A DNA stretch of 62,647 nucleotides, filler included, from Neophaeotheca triangularis (lineage: Eukaryota): the NCBI GenBank assembly GCA_054600435.1. It is 4 parts of 4 records of this genome, joined end to end, with 100 filler letters (N's around TTAATTAATTAA, not from the genome) between each part and the next. Parts side by side here need not be neighbours in the genome. Positions count along the whole stretch, not along the records: positions 48,720 to 62,647 come from BAAIJX010000122.1; 3 more parts are not named here. The stretch is one strand, 5' to 3'. A program made the position numbers and the translations under genes. Shown here piece after piece: positions 58,570 to 62,647 of this stretch (the first letter of the stretch is position 1; every line of letters starts with the position of its first letter). Under the pieces are notes generated by a model, which worked only from the letters and a program-made list of their open reading frames with translations, was not told the origin of the DNA and did not search any database.

Positions 58570-60459
58570 GCTTTCGGTCCGGCGGTTGAGTTGCGCTGCC
58601 TGGTGTTTTCCTTTTTTTCTGTCCCCTCCCTTATGGTCTGGCGGATTGCTTTGGACTTGATCCTGGCTTTTCCTAACTCTGCACCATCTATACCTCGACC
58701 CATTTGACTTCGGTATTTGCTACCTTAATTCATCCTTTGCTGTTTCTCGAGAGGAGCACATTCCACACCAACATCGATGCCCTAAAGCAGGGCCGTCGAC
58801 AACGACTTCTCACCAGACTAGACGACACGCTCTCTGGTGCCGTAATACCATCGATCGCAAACCTTTCCAAGTCGAGCGTTCCTCACGAAGAAGAAAAAAC
58901 CTCACTCGACGAGACCCACAGCGACTGACATGTCTCGAACTCTCCCTCGTGAATGCCAGGCACACAACGTCTATGCACACGTGTGCTTGTCTCGCGCAGC
59001 TACAAAACCCGGCTTCATAGTTCTTTGGCCTTTCTCGACCTCTCTGAAACGACGACTTCGAGACATATTTGGAAGGATATCACTGCCCTTCCTTGCCCAA
59101 AGGATACTTGCAAGACCACTGCCGTTGATGCCATGACAGGGGGAAGCCTCTCGGGCCCTATGAACGGCTGCAGACCGATCACGCCCGAGTCCTGAGTACT
59201 TTACTTCGCTTCCTCGACGATTTCAGGTAGGCTTAATACAACATCGCGCGTGGTTATTTTAACCGTGCTGACCAAGTCTATCCGGATATTTCCACCCCTC
59301 AACACTACTAGAGGGGGCGGCATAGGGGTTTTGGGGCAGCGGTAGTGGCTCGTTACCTTGTAGGTCGTGCCTGGCCAGTATCTCGGGTGGATCGGCTTGG
59401 GCTCGAGGGGTGGTATTAGAGGGCAATAGGGCCGGTGGCATTCTGCACCCAGCGTCGTCTTATGCAAGCTTAGAGTACTTCACGCCCGGAAAGGTATCAC
59501 TCTGGAAAAGCAACCAATGTCAATTTCAGATGTAGTGGTGGAAAAGCACTATTGGCTTATGATGTCCACGGGCACTCCGCTTCGTATTGTCTAGTCGACG
59601 ATGTTAGCGTACTCTTGCACACCTAAAATGTGCTTAGTAGAGTAGGACAGTCCCTGGCGTTGTATACTGCTCGGGAGTCTCCAACAGTGAATGCGGGTAG
59701 CTAGCTGCCTATGCTTGCGTTCTACTTGAATTATCAGATGGTTCCGCGGTAGAACAGAAGAGAAGACCTTGCCGGAGACACACTCGACCTACCAGTTTCT
59801 TTCAAACGCTTCTGTCTCCCGGCGAACTCTCACCAACGGGGTCGCTATCCCACTAGAATTACCTCGAAGGCCCGGGGGCACTTCAGCTCAGGTCTTGAGA
59901 CCCCGCAAGGATAGAAACACAGCTGACATCCGCCCGGCGCCTTCGAGACCCGGTTTCGTTATAGTAGCATGGCACGCTCTCGGCGCGTACAAGAGGCTCT
60001 CATGCTGTGTGGGTAGGGGCTCTTTTCTGCAATGCCAACCTCTGCGTCTGCCTTGCGACGGTTATGGTCTTGCAGACTGATTACGCTCTAGTCGCTGAGA
60101 GCGAGGGACGGGTAACAATCTCCTCTTCCATGCTGACCTGCTGTTGCAGTTCAGCCTGGCGGGGAAACGAATGCGGTGTTGCATCGACCACTGGCAGTCG
60201 ATGCCACGACGAGTTTCGAGGCCGTCTCGAGATGAGGTCAGCAGATGTGATGCAGAAGGTGCACGGCCCGCTCCGACTTCACCTCATGTCTCTTGCTGGC
60301 TTGCGGGGAGAGCTTCGAGCATCACCTGATGCTACCATCCGGCTGTCTTCAAGGCCACCCATCGACGCTGAGGTAGGTCAAAGGCCTTCCTTGTATTCAC
60401 TCTAAAGCCCATCTGTCATACCCTCACGTCTTCTATCTGGCCAAACAGACGACGTCAAT

Positions 60460-61841
60460 ATGTTCCAATTCAAGCTTCCCGACCTCTCTTCCTTCTTTCC
60501 CACTGTCTCTGGACCAGTCAAGATCTCCAAGTCAGAAGTGCACGATGTCGAGGAAAACCCAGACAAGAGAGCGCGATCGCTCAAGCATCTTCTGAAAGCC
60601 AACCATATCAATCACAGCATCATCTACAACGAACTGCGCTTCCATAACCACGCACCGCACATACTGGGATCTGCCTACATACTGGGAGCGGACGGCAACC
60701 AGCTAAACCACATCTACGAAGCCGAAAGCAAGCACCTTGAGCCATGGAAAGATAGCCCAGGGGAAATAGCGTTGCATGATTGGAGAGACTTCTTGGGGAA
60801 GAGAGAGTAGGCACATCACAAAGCAAGAGCACGTCCTCGACACGGCTGACGGTTTGGTGTAGATATCAGCGGGCGTTTGTCGACTTCTTTGAGGACCAAT
60901 TAGTCAAGCATGGCTACGACTGGAAGGCGTTGCTCAACGAATTCATGTTCACGGGCAGAGAGCCTTTGATCAACAACCTCATAGCTGGGTTGGGTCACCC
61001 ACTGATCCATCTTGGCTATGCCTTTGAGCTCGAATCTCGCACAGTAGCCATGGAAGCACTCGGTCTCGCAGCTTGCTTCTACAACGACTGGCACGTCTAC
61101 CTCGATGACCCGAAATACACGAAACCCTCTTCAAACCCCACCGACTCCCTCTTCACGATCCTCGACCGAGTAGCTAGCGACAAAACATTCGACAATCTCT
61201 TCGACAACAACCGCGGCAGCGACAACATCGCCACTCTACTTTCCGACCCCGCCGCCAGCGCCGCAGCCCTGGACTACTGGAATCAGTGGGACCTGAAAAA
61301 GCCGACAGAGCAATTCGCCGAATCCCAAAAACTCGCCGTCGCTCTGCTAGTAGCCGCACAAAGCGGTTCACAAGAAGACGACAAATATGACTTCTTCGCC
61401 GTCCACCTACTCACGACCTCCCACGCCGTCCGTATCCTCCTCCCCACCGTGCCACCCAAACATCAGATCCCCCTCATCCGACAGTGGTGGCTCTTCACGC
61501 TGCTCGTGTACATTGCCCAACTCCGTCCGGACATCAACATCGACCGCATCAAGCTGGTGGAGCTCGAGGGCCGCGATTGGAAGTACGTGACCAACAAGGC
61601 TGTGCATGGAAGGTTCAAGACGGATGCGCATTACGTCAAAGCCCTGCGGTGTATGCATGAGGCGAGCAAGACATGGGGGGATGCGAACCAGTATTATCTC
61701 AAGGCGGCTGTTAAGATGAGCGAGGAGTTTGATGGGTGGGGTGGTTTTGGGCCGAGGGATGAGGAGCTGAAGGAGGAGGAGACTGCAAAGGTAATGGCTA
61801 GGAGGTATAGTGGGCAAGGACATTCGTTGGAGCAGAGCTAG
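60460..61841 (+). CDS. questin oxidase / oxidoreductase AflY-like protein (DUF4243, MGS207-like)
   Basis: Exons 60460-60806 and 60863-61841. Motifs LKHLLKANH, FHNHAPH, WRDFLGKRE|YQRAFVDFF, GLGHPLIHLGYAFE, YDFFAVHLLT, DAHYVKALR. Confidence 0.85.
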
Positions 61842-62647
61842 TGGGTTTGAGCGCAATTGGGACAGAGCTATGTATGTACGATTTGACGAGACGATGAGTA
61901 TCATGCCAAGATGAATGCTGCGGGCTTTGTGCTGATGGGCAGAGCCGAGCCGAGCTGGGCTCATCAACACGGCCTGCGAATAGGACTGTCTTCAATCACG
62001 TCTAAACGCGACGCGGCATCAGTGTGGTCAACTCCAGACGCTTCGGTCTTTTCTAGGCCCCAGTATGTAAGTCTTGCGCCTTCCGTTCATCTTACCATGT
62101 CTTGCCGTCTTTCCTGTAACGGAGGCTTTCACTGGTCGTCTCCTCGCCGTGCTGGGCCTACTCTATTCCTCTGACTCTAGCTCTTCCAATCGCCCAAAAC
62201 GCGAGCGAGAACCGGTAGCCCAAGAGCCCCACGCCGGGCCTCATCAACAAGTCCACTCTTTCTCGCGATACCCCCGACCCCAAGGCTCGACCACGAAACA
62301 AAAGCAGCAGCAGCAGCCTCCTCGGCCTCGTCACGGCAGCTCTCCAACAGCAAAGAACCGCGTCGCATCTTTCGGCGTCCTCGAGTTTCCCAAATCTAGC
62401 CGGATCTGCTGCCAAGGCCCCATAAACCCCTGACGTGCCGTCTTGGGTGCCGTGAAGCTCGGGTTGGAAAGCGGAGAAGACTGTCACAGTCACATGTTGA
62501 GAGTGCGGGCAGGGGCTGCGCGAGAAAGGCCGAGAAAGGAGAAGCGAAGGAAGCAGTCGCCGACAGGGGGGGGGGGGGGGGGGGGGGGGGAAAAAAAAAA
62601 GTTAAAAAACAACAACAAAAAAAGAAAATATTTGGGGAAGGGGAGTA

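Overview
Eukaryotic genomic DNA from a filamentous ascomycete. GT-AG introns with CTRAY branch points and fungal gene families are seen directly; a Dothideomycete origin is my inference. The window is four sequence blocks joined by three identical artificial 100-nt spacers (N44-TTAATTAATTAA-N44), so adjacency across 17631, 33791 and 48620 is not proven. It holds about 21 protein-coding genes, mostly housekeeping: C2-domain protein, securin-like protein, tropomyosin, Rrp17, CSC1/OSCA channel, hybrid histidine kinase, acetoacetyl-CoA synthetase, acid ceramidase/NAAA-like hydrolase, glycogen synthase, FAD-dependent oxidoreductase, GMC oxidoreductase, Vti1, alpha/beta hydrolase, RCC1-repeat protein, Dsc3, Dabb barrel protein, Reg1-like PP1 regulator, a questin-oxidase/AflY-family protein and a few orphans. 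I traced exon structures by hand. I saw no transposon ORF, rRNA, canonical tRNA or CRISPR array. The most interesting signals are non-coding: (1) a ~92-nt four-way-junction RNA with TATA box, T12 terminator and downstream B box, i.e. a U6-like Pol III gene architecture, at 34823-35004; (2) a degenerate ~210-230-bp tandem array at ~56300-57480; (3) a helix-rich intergenic region at ~45450-46015; (4) a long fold-back intron in the CSC1 gene. The acetoacetyl-CoA synthetase also has a PTS1 (SKL) that exists only after its last intron is spliced.
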